Part shown: in pieces, positions 38,001 to 46,242 of the stretch
Layout of the letters: each line of letters starts with the position of its first letter
Position numbering within the stretch: position 1 is the first letter of the stretch
Source: an uncultured Gammaproteobacteria bacterium
GTDB taxonomy: Bacteria > Patescibacteriota > Patescibacteriia > PEXW01
Assembly (NCBI GenBank): GCA_964486505.1
Contig: CAZAMC010000002.1
Span: 129,656 to 193,655, forward strand
Direction of reading: 5' to 3'
Length of the DNA stretch: 64,000 bases
Translations under genes and position numbers: made by a program
The notes under the pieces: model-generated
Seen by the model: the letters and a program-made list of their open reading frames with translations, nothing else
The model's database searches: none
Told to the model about the DNA's origin: nothing

Positions 38001-40302
38001 CGGGAACCCGAATGCCAATGGTTACGTATTCACCGGCGCCGACGTGACGCTCACTGCCTCGGCCACGGACAGCGGCGGCAGTAATACGGGCGTTAGCCAC
38101 GTAGACTTCTACCTCGGCACGTCCCGCCTTGGACAGGCTCCAGACCCAGCGTGCACGACGGGCTGTCCGGGCTCCTTTAACGCTAGCGTTGCCGTTCCGG
38201 GTTCGACCATTCGGACCTTCCCGAATGGAAGCTACACGTATTCGGTGGTGGCGTACGATGCGTATGGTAACTCCAGCATTCGGCAGCTCTCGGTGAGTGT
38301 GAACGTGCTGCCAGAAACTACTCCGCCGGCGGTGAGCTTCGTATCACCCGATCCGGCGCCGGGCATTAGCGGTAGCACTGCCAACGTCGTCGTTTCGGCC
38401 ACTGACGCGAGCGGCGTCAACCGGGTTGAGATATTCATCGGTACAGAGTCCACTCCCCGAACAACCGACGTGGCCTCTCCCTACACGTACACGTGGCCCC
38501 TCGCTGGGTACGTCGATGGCCAGACCTACACAGTGCGGGCCGTAGCCTATGACCGATACGGGAACAACGCGACCGCGACGTTGAATGTCCAGTACCATGC
38601 TTCCGCAGGACCCGACATTGAGCGACCAACAATCACCGATGTGACAGTTGAGCTGCAGAGTGGTTCGGTGGTGCCAATGGAAGGGGCCTCGCTGGAGGAA
38701 CTGGTGCACCTCCGCGCCACCTTCACCGATAACGTCGCTATCCAGAAAGCCGAACTACGCATTGATAACGTACCGATCCCGTTAACGGGCAGTGCGTATA
38801 CGCCCGTGACACCGCCGCGAGTGTTCGCCATGAACTACGGCTGGAACACCCTGCCCGAAATCCTCGGGCCGCACACGGTTACCATAACCGCGTACGATAC
38901 AACGAATAATGCCACCACGATTACCCGCTCGGTTTCGGTGAATAATCGGGCGTCGTTAGAAATTACTACACCACGACCGGGCGCCACCGTTGCTGATAAT
39001 CCCACGGTACCTATTACCCTCAATATCACCCGAACCTGTGATGGGACACTCCGCATGTCACACGTGTACCTCGGACTCATGGGTGAGCCGCTCGCCTTTG
39101 CAGATCTGACCACGTGCAACCGTACCTGCACGTACAACTGGACTTCCCGCAATACGACGGCCAATGGTCCCCAGACGCTCTGGGCAATTGGCTACGACGC
39201 AACGGGTTGTTGGGGTGGCAGTAAAGTAGCCATTGTGGTGAACAACGCGACGAACGACACCACGCCGCCCACTATTGATGCGAATGTCACGTTCGACGGT
39301 ACGCCGTGGCCGGGGAGTGGGCCGTACTACGTCAATCGTGCGGGCACCATTACTGCGCTAGCTGACGACAATAATGGCGGTAGCGGCTTAGCGGAGGTGC
39401 GCATTGAGGTGCAGCAGAGTGGCACGACGCTCTACTCGCAGTCGTGTACTTCGGCCCCCCAAAGCCCATGCCAGTTAACCTGGAACATTCCCGCCGACCA
39501 CACCCAAGATGGGGCCTACACGGTTGTGGTGAATGCCAGTGACGTAGCAGGGAACGATGCCCCGGCCGTAACCAAGACGGTGAATGTGGATACGGGCGCA
39601 CCGACGGCCGCCTGGGTTGGGCCTGCTTCTGGCACGACGGTATTTAGTCCGGCAACTATTACCATGCAAGCCAGCGGCACTGATCCGCAGTGGAACAGCT
39701 ACGCATCCGGCATTAGCCGCATCGAGTACTTCAACGGTGCAACCCGTATTGCCACGGGCTCCATCGAGAATCCGGGTGGCAGCGGGATCTACCCGGCTAT
39801 TCTATCCGCGGTTGGAACCTACCAGGTCATTGCCCAGGTGTTTGATAACGCCAACAACATGTCGGCGACGGCACCGGCAACAACCCTCACCATTAGCGGA
39901 GCCGATACGACACCGCCCAACGTTAGCATAACGAATCCCGCCAATGACAACTGGTTCTGGAGTGGCATTATGTCCGTCGTTGCATCGGCAACGGATGCCG
40001 GCTCGGGGATGCGTGATGTGCAGTTCTACCTGGATGGCGTGCCCTTTGGGCCGCTGGACACTGCGAGTCCGTACTGGGTTGATTGGAATACAACCCTCTA
40101 TGCAAATGGTCAAACTGTGAGCTTCACAGCACGAGCCTGTGATAATGCCGGGAATTGTGCAACGTCCGCTCCCCGTTTAGCCCGGGCGTGGAATGGTGCC
40201 GGCGCCATTTGCCGAACCAATATTTGCTCTGGTTCAACGCCCAACTGCTGCAGCGGGACCTGCCAAGCGCAGGCCTGTGCGCAGCAAGAGCCACAACTGT
40301 AA
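32011..40302 (+). CDS. giant (~2760 aa) surface protein: TrbC/VirB2-like pilin N-terminus plus SbsA/IPT-TIG/Big Ig-like repeats
   Basis: LYGGFLWMTSRGNEKQIEKAKRTLINGAIG pilin motif; VRFSESM, IFGENFG and DTTPPxV repeat motifs; many Cys. Confidence 0.85.
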   Translation: MPTTNPNARRAFLLGLSGTLLAVVGLFLLAQVTNAITVEDVGGTLGLGNADLKQTIVNVVKWALGLLGLVAIIVMLYGGFLWMTSRGNEKQIEKAKRTLINGAIGLVIILVSWAIVLFIQRFITNATGNAQASGQCQMSLPAEWGYCNLCDDTLDPRPDFGFLVPDPSCITPDSNTYYADWQNPVHEEADVSLCSAVSAHFTGLTPAAANDISISSTFPVTDGSGNSPTHTVNFFGPTAEFVHPTEDFLPNTQYSVDVNGIISSDGTAATQPPGGWTFTTGTTSDEDPPTVSLTAPTNNETIQCLSPVIEVRFSESMLASSMYNPANFRITPADAAVARIDMPRSDTLQITLDKPLVKNRTYTITLNADTDPNATGGFYSGYKDTCINALDGDSDGTAEDGDGQPNTLPPDDDFSWVFTTADTDTVDCTPVITSVTTPAYHGNPTDPNRVVVRGSNFGLTPRVRFSGNVLATDIGGTNSLCFDDNNIPQRTGSPACIHTDPAIPTPTSARIDAMVPTGPLAYAPNGAMTGPVTVEVAGRSSPPSSNVEVRSPHITGIYPREGKAGRFVTIFGENFGVNGRVRFRIPGGSNLLASTPSCSSTPWSDTQILVQVPEGFTFGDTTFIQVDTDTYADVRGMSNLAQFDIRDVSGPNLCSINPSSSNDPSASLDALGDGFGTNPAVVSTRYSSFAGNLVSLTDDQHLRAAPGAPLANGTYNFFVTVNGVASNPLQYRIPRDPAPAVVFDSSCSTSVPVIRSPNPLPDTADACRNLGVAVRFTESMNPAAAGGTTDPTLFYVSRCNNTATFDPAACSGTVNGTRANATYNQSDDLVAFAPAGDRFDDGYWYQVTVKAGIPSAAGALLPQDVVWHFRVRETGGDCQAEAVGVTPPQIGPLATGQSGVFTALATNNSCSILLGLPGDFNWSSSDTSMASDPTESTVPAGAQPADNTGTTTVQPGSIDGTANISATYSGLTGSGNLIVQRNYCETNTDCATRTNSYGDVCTGAICNVALRTCEPRVLTLQSGSQTGTAVNGPAGNMINVRGCYFGGGMGANGKVTFTNGGNIADGSFAICGPAGWTNDLIRVQAMPDTDPPASANTIWSVQVLADNGLGSNNDTTYTISSQCTTPTNGTTSVPGTGVPILCGTLPPAGREGDAIQYQGARFTASSEAFFSEANGPLNQLPLPGAATTVTPPSTAMSHVAVDTGIPTGGTTAATTIGVPTGGDFCIATPVDFSVSCTQNSECGTTGCCVGNACRPTAVCTNGLISGITPGAGTLQCRNQNFVVTFNKSMRPETVTNTTVYLYDANTNAPVPTSFAFDGTNATFTATDALPNGTYRIRVVGGSAGVTATDNTFLPADYVWPQGAGVYTVDASSRVCTVARVNILEIPPQTVITQDLFTCTSDSCAGDDDPVAGNQHRYRVAAYDSQDNELGLANQSWVEADPAGGTYASSPAGTYCPGNTTSSFYCALARNIPEGTEQLTVNITATQSAGTGTASMPIRAYMCASPWPAPPAWPFRDPDTGTEPTHNFTFSFCRDGGVNGYTLSNPIPSLAPTGNIRKEYIMAVLDDTGRNIGDAIGIRIESNLRDLSPTRWYNQKFDPDTGGGVTEVDGYPALREGRTVYVTADNYAPQDAARPWSYPNVYVVSHTANPRPETVAIFDQILKNLKFNDEATPLPQQLLSDLRYDVKRIHAYSEIVYAIQAYKEAHNGAFPNLESGSYLKNLTMTAWPSWQENLGAQIGITMPQDPQKLWDPQTTPRQAPAMCGTGFDQNTCWNEEDKVAQFPNRSPYTGTAPRESTGMIYRSGPVGSNTSPFHLIGTVSDHFVWHYLNSGFMDAWLDCIDITNKATDVCPGDSVCTGFNMALCSDSFGRINALRNPSPADSTQPTIASVEPASGTRLGGTVQFKVSASDNPGGSGIGRVEFVVRRGGAIVAQSTSSRPDRDGKYVWSWDSRTVLNNTGYSLTVTAFDVAGNAAVFAPAPTYEVANAPGDPTAPVITLGNPNANGYVFTGADVTLTASATDSGGSNTGVSHVDFYLGTSRLGQAPDPACTTGCPGSFNASVAVPGSTIRTFPNGSYTYSVVAYDAYGNSSIRQLSVSVNVLPETTPPAVSFVSPDPAPGISGSTANVVVSATDASGVNRVEIFIGTESTPRTTDVASPYTYTWPLAGYVDGQTYTVRAVAYDRYGNNATATLNVQYHASAGPDIERPTITDVTVELQSGSVVPMEGASLEELVHLRATFTDNVAIQKAELRIDNVPIPLTGSAYTPVTPPRVFAMNYGWNTLPEILGPHTVTITAYDTTNNATTITRSVSVNNRASLEITTPRPGATVADNPTVPITLNITRTCDGTLRMSHVYLGLMGEPLAFADLTTCNRTCTYNWTSRNTTANGPQTLWAIGYDATGCWGGSKVAIVVNNATNDTTPPTIDANVTFDGTPWPGSGPYYVNRAGTITALADDNNGGSGLAEVRIEVQQSGTTLYSQSCTSAPQSPCQLTWNIPADHTQDGAYTVVVNASDVAGNDAPAVTKTVNVDTGAPTAAWVGPASGTTVFSPATITMQASGTDPQWNSYASGISRIEYFNGATRIATGSIENPGGSGIYPAILSAVGTYQVIAQVFDNANNMSATAPATTLTISGADTTPPNVSITNPANDNWFWSGIMSVVASATDAGSGMRDVQFYLDGVPFGPLDTASPYWVDWNTTLYANGQTVSFTARACDNAGNCATSAPRLARAWNGAGAICRTNICSGSTPNCCSGTCQAQACAQQEPQL

Positions 40303-40304
40303 CC

Positions 40305-40865
40305 ATGCCCCAACCCGAAGACATTTTCCAAAGCACTGATCCCAAGCAAACGGCTGCCCCGCCTGTTCGTCCAGTGCCAAGTGCACCAGTGCGGCCCCAG
40401 GCCGCCCCCGCACCGCACGGTTCGGCCCGTCGGTGGCTGTGGCCCGCGATTGGCGGGTTTGTGCTCGTCATTGGTATCGGCGTGGTTGTCGTGCTCCGCC
40501 TGCGACAGGAACCCGCTACCACGACGACTGCGAATAGTAACGTTGCTGCCTCCACAAGTACGAATACGCCGCAGTCCACCACATCGGCAGCGAGCGCAGA
40601 GATTACGGGGGTGGCGGATGCCGACAAGGATGGGCTACTCGATGACGAAGAAACACAGCTCGGGACGAAAGTCGACCTCGCCGATACCGATCGCGATGGC
40701 CTAGGGGATGGGGAAGAGGTGCGCGTGTATAAGAGTGATCCCAAACGTCCAGATACGGATGGCGATGGCAACCGAGATGGCGCAGAGGTGCAGAAAGGGT
40801 ATAATCCAACAGGTACCGGCGTCCTTCTCAACTTCACCGAGGCTCGCGAAGCACTTACTAAGTAA
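40305..40865 (+). CDS. membrane-anchored protein with TSP3-like Ca-binding repeats
   Basis: TM; DADKDGLLDDEE, DTDRDGLGDGEE, DTDGDGNRDGAE. Confidence 0.85.
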   Translation: MPQPEDIFQSTDPKQTAAPPVRPVPSAPVRPQAAPAPHGSARRWLWPAIGGFVLVIGIGVVVVLRLRQEPATTTTANSNVAASTSTNTPQSTTSAASAEITGVADADKDGLLDDEETQLGTKVDLADTDRDGLGDGEEVRVYKSDPKRPDTDGDGNRDGAEVQKGYNPTGTGVLLNFTEAREALTK

Positions 40866-40890
40866 CTTTTCTCCTTCACTACGTACGGCT

Positions 40891-42048
40891 ATGTTTGAAT
40901 CCATCACCCCAGCACCCAAAGGCAATCTCCCTCCCCAAGCGCCCACACCGCCGACAACGCCCCTGGAGATTCATGCCATGCCCGAGCGTTTCTTGGGCAG
41001 CAAGTCTGTGGTGGGGAAACCGTCCACCCCAGGCGGGAAAGGCAGCAGCAAAAAGCTGATTATCGCCATAATCATTATTATTGTGGTGGCTCTGGGTGTG
41101 GCTGCGGCGCTGCTTTTCACGGGCGTACTGAACCGGAATGCCGCGAATACCAACAACACGAACCTCGTGACGAACACGCCGGTTACCAATCAGAATGCGA
41201 ACGCGAACCGGAACCTGAACGCGAACCAGAATGTAAACAGCGCGGCGAATGCGAATGGAAACGCGAACAGTAACGGGAATGAGAATGGGAACGCAAATGC
41301 CAATAGCAATGGGAATAGCAACGGGAACGCCAATGTGAATGCGACGACGAACGTCAACAGCAACCCGCAAGCACAATCCAGCACCGACGCCGACAAGGAC
41401 GGGCTTACTGATGCGGAGGAGCTTGTTTTCACCACCAACCCCAGCAGTTCCGATAGCGACGGCGACAGCTTCTTGGATGGGAGCGAAGTGAAGCTTGGCT
41501 TCTCGCCAAAGGGTTCAGGCAAGCTTGCGGCAAGCAGCCTGGTGAACACGTTCATGAATTCCCTCTACGGTGCAAGCGTCATTTACCCCAAAGGTTGGAA
41601 TTCGGTGGCCCGCTCCAGCACCGAGCAGCTCCTTTCCAACGCCACCGGTGATGAAACCGTCACCATTTCTGTTGAGGACAATCCAGCTCGCCTTACGGCG
41701 AAGCAGTGGTACGTCACCAAGGCCCCAACGATAGACCCCACGACGCTCGTGGACGCCACGGCCTGGGACGGGAAGAGCACGGGTATTGTGAGCCCCGATG
41801 GTCTGGCGTACTACTTTGCAAACGGGAGCCAGGTCTACGTCATCTCCTTGAGCTACGGATTGAAGCCCACCGTGGATTCGAGAACGACCTTTGAAATGGT
41901 TGCGCGGAGTTTGGTGGTCGACTCAACGAAGGTGAACCTCAACACGAATACGGCCAACCAGAACGCTAACCAAAACGTGAACCTCAATGCGAATGGCAAC
42001 ACGAATACCAACGCTAACAGCAACACGAATTCGAACGTGAACACGTAA
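40891..42048 (+). CDS. membrane-anchored protein with Asn-rich linker, TSP3-like repeats and a C-terminal beta domain
   Basis: TM, (NX)n tract, DADKDGLTDAEE, DSDGDSFLDGSE. Confidence 0.82.
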   Translation: MFESITPAPKGNLPPQAPTPPTTPLEIHAMPERFLGSKSVVGKPSTPGGKGSSKKLIIAIIIIIVVALGVAAALLFTGVLNRNAANTNNTNLVTNTPVTNQNANANRNLNANQNVNSAANANGNANSNGNENGNANANSNGNSNGNANVNATTNVNSNPQAQSSTDADKDGLTDAEELVFTTNPSSSDSDGDSFLDGSEVKLGFSPKGSGKLAASSLVNTFMNSLYGASVIYPKGWNSVARSSTEQLLSNATGDETVTISVEDNPARLTAKQWYVTKAPTIDPTTLVDATAWDGKSTGIVSPDGLAYYFANGSQVYVISLSYGLKPTVDSRTTFEMVARSLVVDSTKVNLNTNTANQNANQNVNLNANGNTNTNANSNTNSNVNT

Positions 42049-42049
42049 G

Positions 42050-42502
42050 ATGGAGTTCCACGTCGTACGGGAGACGCGCCGGCGCTTGCCGGCCGTTCCC
42101 TGGCAGCGACTGTTCGCCGCTGTACAACGGAAGCAGCGAGCCGCGCCGAGGACGAGTGTTGCGCTCGTCCTTACAACGCCTGGGCGAATGGCCTTCTTGA
42201 ATCGGGCCTACCACGGAGGACGGGGGCCGACTGACGTCCTCGCCTTTCCCTCTGAGCCGGGTGCCCCGCAGCACACCGGCAGTGGGGACGTCATCATTTG
42301 CCCGGCAGTGCTGGGCCGCGGTGTTACCGCACGCCCATTTTCCCTGCTTCTCGCCCATCGTTTCGTGCACGCCCTGCTCCACCTGCACGGTTACCAGCAC
42401 GACACCCCAAAGCAAGCGGCGGCTATGGAAGCAGAGGTCCAGAAGCATCTCCGAACCCTACCCACTTATGGTCGCCATTACCCCTCACGGCGTAAAGAAT
42501 AG
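42050..42502 (+). CDS. ybeY: rRNA maturation RNase YbeY
   Basis: PTDVLAFP, GDVIIC, HALLHLHGYQH. Confidence 0.9.
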   Translation: MEFHVVRETRRRLPAVPWQRLFAAVQRKQRAAPRTSVALVLTTPGRMAFLNRAYHGGRGPTDVLAFPSEPGAPQHTGSGDVIICPAVLGRGVTARPFSLLLAHRFVHALLHLHGYQHDTPKQAAAMEAEVQKHLRTLPTYGRHYPSRRKE

Positions 42503-42842
42503 CTTCCGCTATGCCCTCCGCGGGCTCCGCCATACGTTTCAGACGCAGCAGAGCTTTCGCATCCAAGTATTCGCGGCCGTGGTTGTGGTCATCGCTATGC
42601 TCCTGGTGGGCGTCACGGTGCGGGATGCGGTTATCCTCATTGTCGTTACTGCCATTGTGCTCATCCTGGAGCTCGTGAACACCGTCGTGGAGCACCTTAC
42701 AGACATTGTGAGCGGCCGACTTTCCCCAGTGGCCCAAGCCGTGAAAGATGCCATGGCGGCTGCTGTCCTCTTTGCCTCCATCGTCGCTTTGGTGGTCGGC
42801 GTCCTGGTCTTTTGGCCCTACCTCACCCACGCGGCGCTATGA
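42468..42842 (+). CDS. dgkA: diacylglycerol/undecaprenol kinase
   Basis: SFRYALRGL, ELVNTVVE, KDAMAAAV. Confidence 0.9.
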   Translation: MVAITPHGVKNSFRYALRGLRHTFQTQQSFRIQVFAAVVVVIAMLLVGVTVRDAVILIVVTAIVLILELVNTVVEHLTDIVSGRLSPVAQAVKDAMAAAVLFASIVALVVGVLVFWPYLTHAAL

Positions 42843-42884
42843 TTGTCCGGACCGCAAAATTCCGCTATACTGCAGCTAAGAAAT

Positions 42885-44120
42885 ATGTCCCGTGAAGCAC
42901 CACTCGTAGGCCTTGATCTCGGCTCGACGACGGTCCGAGTCGTCGTCGCTACGCCAACAGAAACGAATCAGCTCCAAGTTCTTGGCGTCGGCGAACACGC
43001 TGCCGATGGTATTAGTAAGGGCGCGATTACGAGCATCGAAGACGCCATTTCCTCAATTTCGGGTGCCCTCGAGCAAGCGGAGCGGATGACCGGTGTGCCA
43101 GTGACGCACGCCTTCGTTGGCATTAACGGAACGCACATTTCTTCGCAAGAGGTTCACGGAGTAGTGGCGGTTGCGAAAGCCGATGGGGAGATCCGCGAGG
43201 AAGATGTTGAGCGGGTCATTGAAGCGGCCCAGACCACGGTGAGCCCCTCGAATGTTGAAATCCTCCATGTCATCCCGCGGACATTTACGGTCGACAATCA
43301 GAAAGGCATTAAAGATCCCATCGGTATGTCGGGCATTCGTTTGGAGGCCGATGCCCAGGTTATCCAGGGCCTTACGGCGCAAGTGAAAAATCTCACCAAA
43401 TGCGTGTACCGCACGGGCGTGGAAATTGACGACCTCGTCCTGGGGGTGCTGGCTGCCTCTGAGGCAGTGCTGACGAAACGGCAAAAAGAAATTGGCGTCG
43501 CTCTCTTGAATCTCGGGGCGTCAACTTCCAGCCTCATTGTTTTTGAAGAAGGTGACGTGCTCCACACGGCCATCATTCCAGTTGGCGCGGGGCACATCAC
43601 CAATGACATTGCCATTGGCCTGCGCACGTCCATAGACGTAGCGGAAAAAGTGAAGTTGGACTTTGGTACCGCGTTGCCTGAAGAAGTTGGGAAGCGGGAT
43701 GAGATTAACTTGGCGGACATTGACCCCAAAGAAACCGGTGTGGTTTCCCGAAAACACGTTGCCGAGATTATCGAAGCTCGGGTCGTTGAGCTCTGTAGTA
43801 TGGTCGACAAGGAACTGCAGAAAGTTGACCGCTCGGGCCTGCTGCCCTCGGGCGTGATGCTCATCGGTGGTGGCGCCAAGTTGCCTGGGCTCGTGGATGT
43901 GGCCAAGCGAGAGTTCCGCCTCCCCGCCGCCGTGGGCAATCCCCAGAACATCATCACCGCAATCGACAAGGTGCACGAGCCGGAGTACGCTACGGCTGTT
44001 GGCCTTGCCATGTGGGGGGCCGCTCTCCAGCAGGGTGGTGGCGCACGACCCTCGAAGTTCTCCACGGTGAATGTGGTCCTGGGGAAAATTCGAGGCTGGA
44101 TGAAGCACATAACTTCGTAA
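42885..44120 (+). CDS. ftsA: cell division protein FtsA
   Basis: [31 protein letters not shown]. Confidence 0.96.
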   Translation: MSREAPLVGLDLGSTTVRVVVATPTETNQLQVLGVGEHAADGISKGAITSIEDAISSISGALEQAERMTGVPVTHAFVGINGTHISSQEVHGVVAVAKADGEIREEDVERVIEAAQTTVSPSNVEILHVIPRTFTVDNQKGIKDPIGMSGIRLEADAQVIQGLTAQVKNLTKCVYRTGVEIDDLVLGVLAASEAVLTKRQKEIGVALLNLGASTSSLIVFEEGDVLHTAIIPVGAGHITNDIAIGLRTSIDVAEKVKLDFGTALPEEVGKRDEINLADIDPKETGVVSRKHVAEIIEARVVELCSMVDKELQKVDRSGLLPSGVMLIGGGAKLPGLVDVAKREFRLPAAVGNPQNIITAIDKVHEPEYATAVGLAMWGAALQQGGGARPSKFSTVNVVLGKIRGWMKHITS

Positions 44121-44139
44121 TTGCATGGCCCGTAGCACT

Positions 44140-45315
44140 ATGGAAATCAAGCCGGATATCGAAACCTTTGCGAAGATCAAGGTCGTTGGCGTTGGCGGTT
44201 CTGGCGGGTCGGCAATTGACCGCATGATCACCTCGAAAATTCGCGGGGTGGAGTTCATTGCGATTAACACCGATGCGCAAGCCCTGCACCACTCCAAGGC
44301 GCCGACGAAGATACACATTGGCAAAACCGTCACGCGGGGCCTCGGTGCGGGCATGGATCCAGAGCTGGGTCGGAAGGCAGCGGAAGAGAGCCAGGACGAA
44401 ATCCACGAGGCGCTAAAGGGTTCGGACATGGTGTTCATCACCTGTGGCTTAGGCGGTGGTACGGGGACGGGCGCCGCGCCCGTGGTTGCGGAAATTGCCC
44501 AGGATGTGGGCGCGCTGACCGTGGCTGTGGTCACCAAGCCTTTTGCCTTTGAAGGCGCCCAGCGCAAGGGGATTGCTGATGGTGGGCTGGGGGACCTCTC
44601 GGACCGCGTCGACACTCTTATTACCATCCCCAACGACCGCTTGCTGCAGATCATTGATAAGAAGACAAGTCTTCTGGATGCCTTCGGCACTGTGGACGAG
44701 GTGCTCCGCCAGGGCGTGCAGGGGATTAGCGAACTCATCACCATTCCCGGGCTCATTAACGTGGACTTTGCAGACGTGAAGTCCATCATGGAAGATGCCG
44801 GTTCGGCGCTCATGGGTATTGGGAAGGGCACCGGGGAGAGCCGCGCGGTGGACGCCGCTAAGGCTGCTATTGATAGCCCCCTCCTGGAGCTTTCGATTGA
44901 TGGCGCCAAGGGCATTCTCTTCACTGTTACGGGTGGTCCCGACCTGGGCATGTACGAGGTGAACGAAGCGGCGCGGGTCATCACTGCGTCGGTTGACCCG
45001 AACGCCAAGGTTATCTTCGGCACAGTCATCGACGAAGCGCTGAAGGGCGAAGTCCGCATTACCGTTATCGCCACCGGCTTTGGTAAAGGGGGCACAGCGG
45101 TACAGCGGCCGGCAAAGAAGATCACCCCGACTGGTTTTGATGCCTATGAGCCGGTAAAAGAACCCGAACGTCGCTCTGCCACACGGCCCACACCCGCCCC
45201 CCGGCCCACCGCACCCAAAGTAGAGCCCTTTACACCGGCGGCGAAGCCCGAGCCACCCAAGAAGCCCGAAGAAGACCTGGAAATTCCGGCCTTCATCCGG
45301 CGGAAGATGATGTAG
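44140..45315 (+). CDS. ftsZ: cell division protein FtsZ
   Basis: GGGTGTG, NVDFADV, C-terminal EIPAFIRRK; an alternative start at 44125 is possible. Confidence 0.97.
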   Translation: MEIKPDIETFAKIKVVGVGGSGGSAIDRMITSKIRGVEFIAINTDAQALHHSKAPTKIHIGKTVTRGLGAGMDPELGRKAAEESQDEIHEALKGSDMVFITCGLGGGTGTGAAPVVAEIAQDVGALTVAVVTKPFAFEGAQRKGIADGGLGDLSDRVDTLITIPNDRLLQIIDKKTSLLDAFGTVDEVLRQGVQGISELITIPGLINVDFADVKSIMEDAGSALMGIGKGTGESRAVDAAKAAIDSPLLELSIDGAKGILFTVTGGPDLGMYEVNEAARVITASVDPNAKVIFGTVIDEALKGEVRITVIATGFGKGGTAVQRPAKKITPTGFDAYEPVKEPERRSATRPTPAPRPTAPKVEPFTPAAKPEPPKKPEEDLEIPAFIRRKMM

Positions 45316-45423
45316 GGCGATCTCCACAAGGCGCCGGTGGCGTCGGAATCACCACCCTAAAGCGACACAGGCAAAACCACGTATCCACGGGCCCAACGAC
45401 GCTCGGGGAATTTTGGGTTTCTC

Positions 45424-45478
45424 TTGACAACACTATATGTAGTGGTATAATGCCCTTGTACAACACTATATCTAGTAG
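45424..45478 (+). promoter_or_regulatory. promoter with tandem NrdR boxes
   Basis: TTGACA 45424, TATAAT 45446; ACACTATATGTAGTGG (45430) and ACACTATATCTAGTAG (45463). Confidence 0.85.
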
Positions 45479-45703
45479 AACTAGGGCGTTGGGCCCTAGC
45501 CCCGCTACTCGGCGGGGGGAGCGTGCCTCGCTTGTCACTCACGCTTCTTTCAAAAATGAACACCACGTCAGGCTTGAGGGAGGCAGTTTGCGCTCCAGCT
45601 TGCCCGCCGTTCCCTCCTGCACACCCAGCCGCCATCTTGGCGGCGGGCCCACATCGTTGTACGATAGTGGCCCGCCCAGCTGGGGCTTTGCCTCTGCACG
45701 CTC

Positions 45704-46192
45704 ATGAAGTGCCCTGCTTGTCACAAACCTGATACGCGTGTGATGGATTCCCGGCTTGTTGAAGACGGGATGGCCATTCGCCGCCGCCGAGAGTGCAACC
45801 GGTGCAGCTTCCGCTTCTCGACCGTGGAAGAGGCCGAAATCCTCAACCTCGCCGTGGTCAAGCGGGACGGCCGACGTGAGCCGTATAGCCGCGAGAAGCT
45901 TGAAACCGGTCTGCGGCGCTCTTTCCAGAAGCTCCCCATCACTCAGGACGAGTTCAAGCGCCTGGTGAACCGCATTGAACGAGACATTCAGATTACCGGC
46001 CGGCAGGAAATTACCTCCCACGCTATTGGAGAGATCGTCATGCGCCACCTGAAGCGTGCTAACCAGGTTGCCTACATCCGTTTTGCCTCGGTGTACCGGT
46101 CCTTCAAAGATGCTGAGACCTTCCAACGTGAGCTCAAAGGCCTTCTAAAGCCCAGCCGCGCGCGCGCCACCCGGTCCCGCCGCCGCACCTAA
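45704..46192 (+). CDS. nrdR: transcriptional repressor NrdR
   Basis: MKCPAC...DSR...RRRREC, ATP-cone, AYIRFASVY. Confidence 0.96.
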   Translation: MKCPACHKPDTRVMDSRLVEDGMAIRRRRECNRCSFRFSTVEEAEILNLAVVKRDGRREPYSREKLETGLRRSFQKLPITQDEFKRLVNRIERDIQITGRQEITSHAIGEIVMRHLKRANQVAYIRFASVYRSFKDAETFQRELKGLLKPSRARATRSRRRT

Positions 46193-46242
46193 GCCCACCC
46201 TCCTTCCGTCATCTCTCTCCTCACCCTAACCACCCTGCAACC

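Noticed and set aside
41130-41370. AAC/AAT-rich periodic DNA resembling a tandem repeat or CRISPR
   Set aside because: In-frame Asn-rich coding tract with variable codons; no repeat-spacer structure
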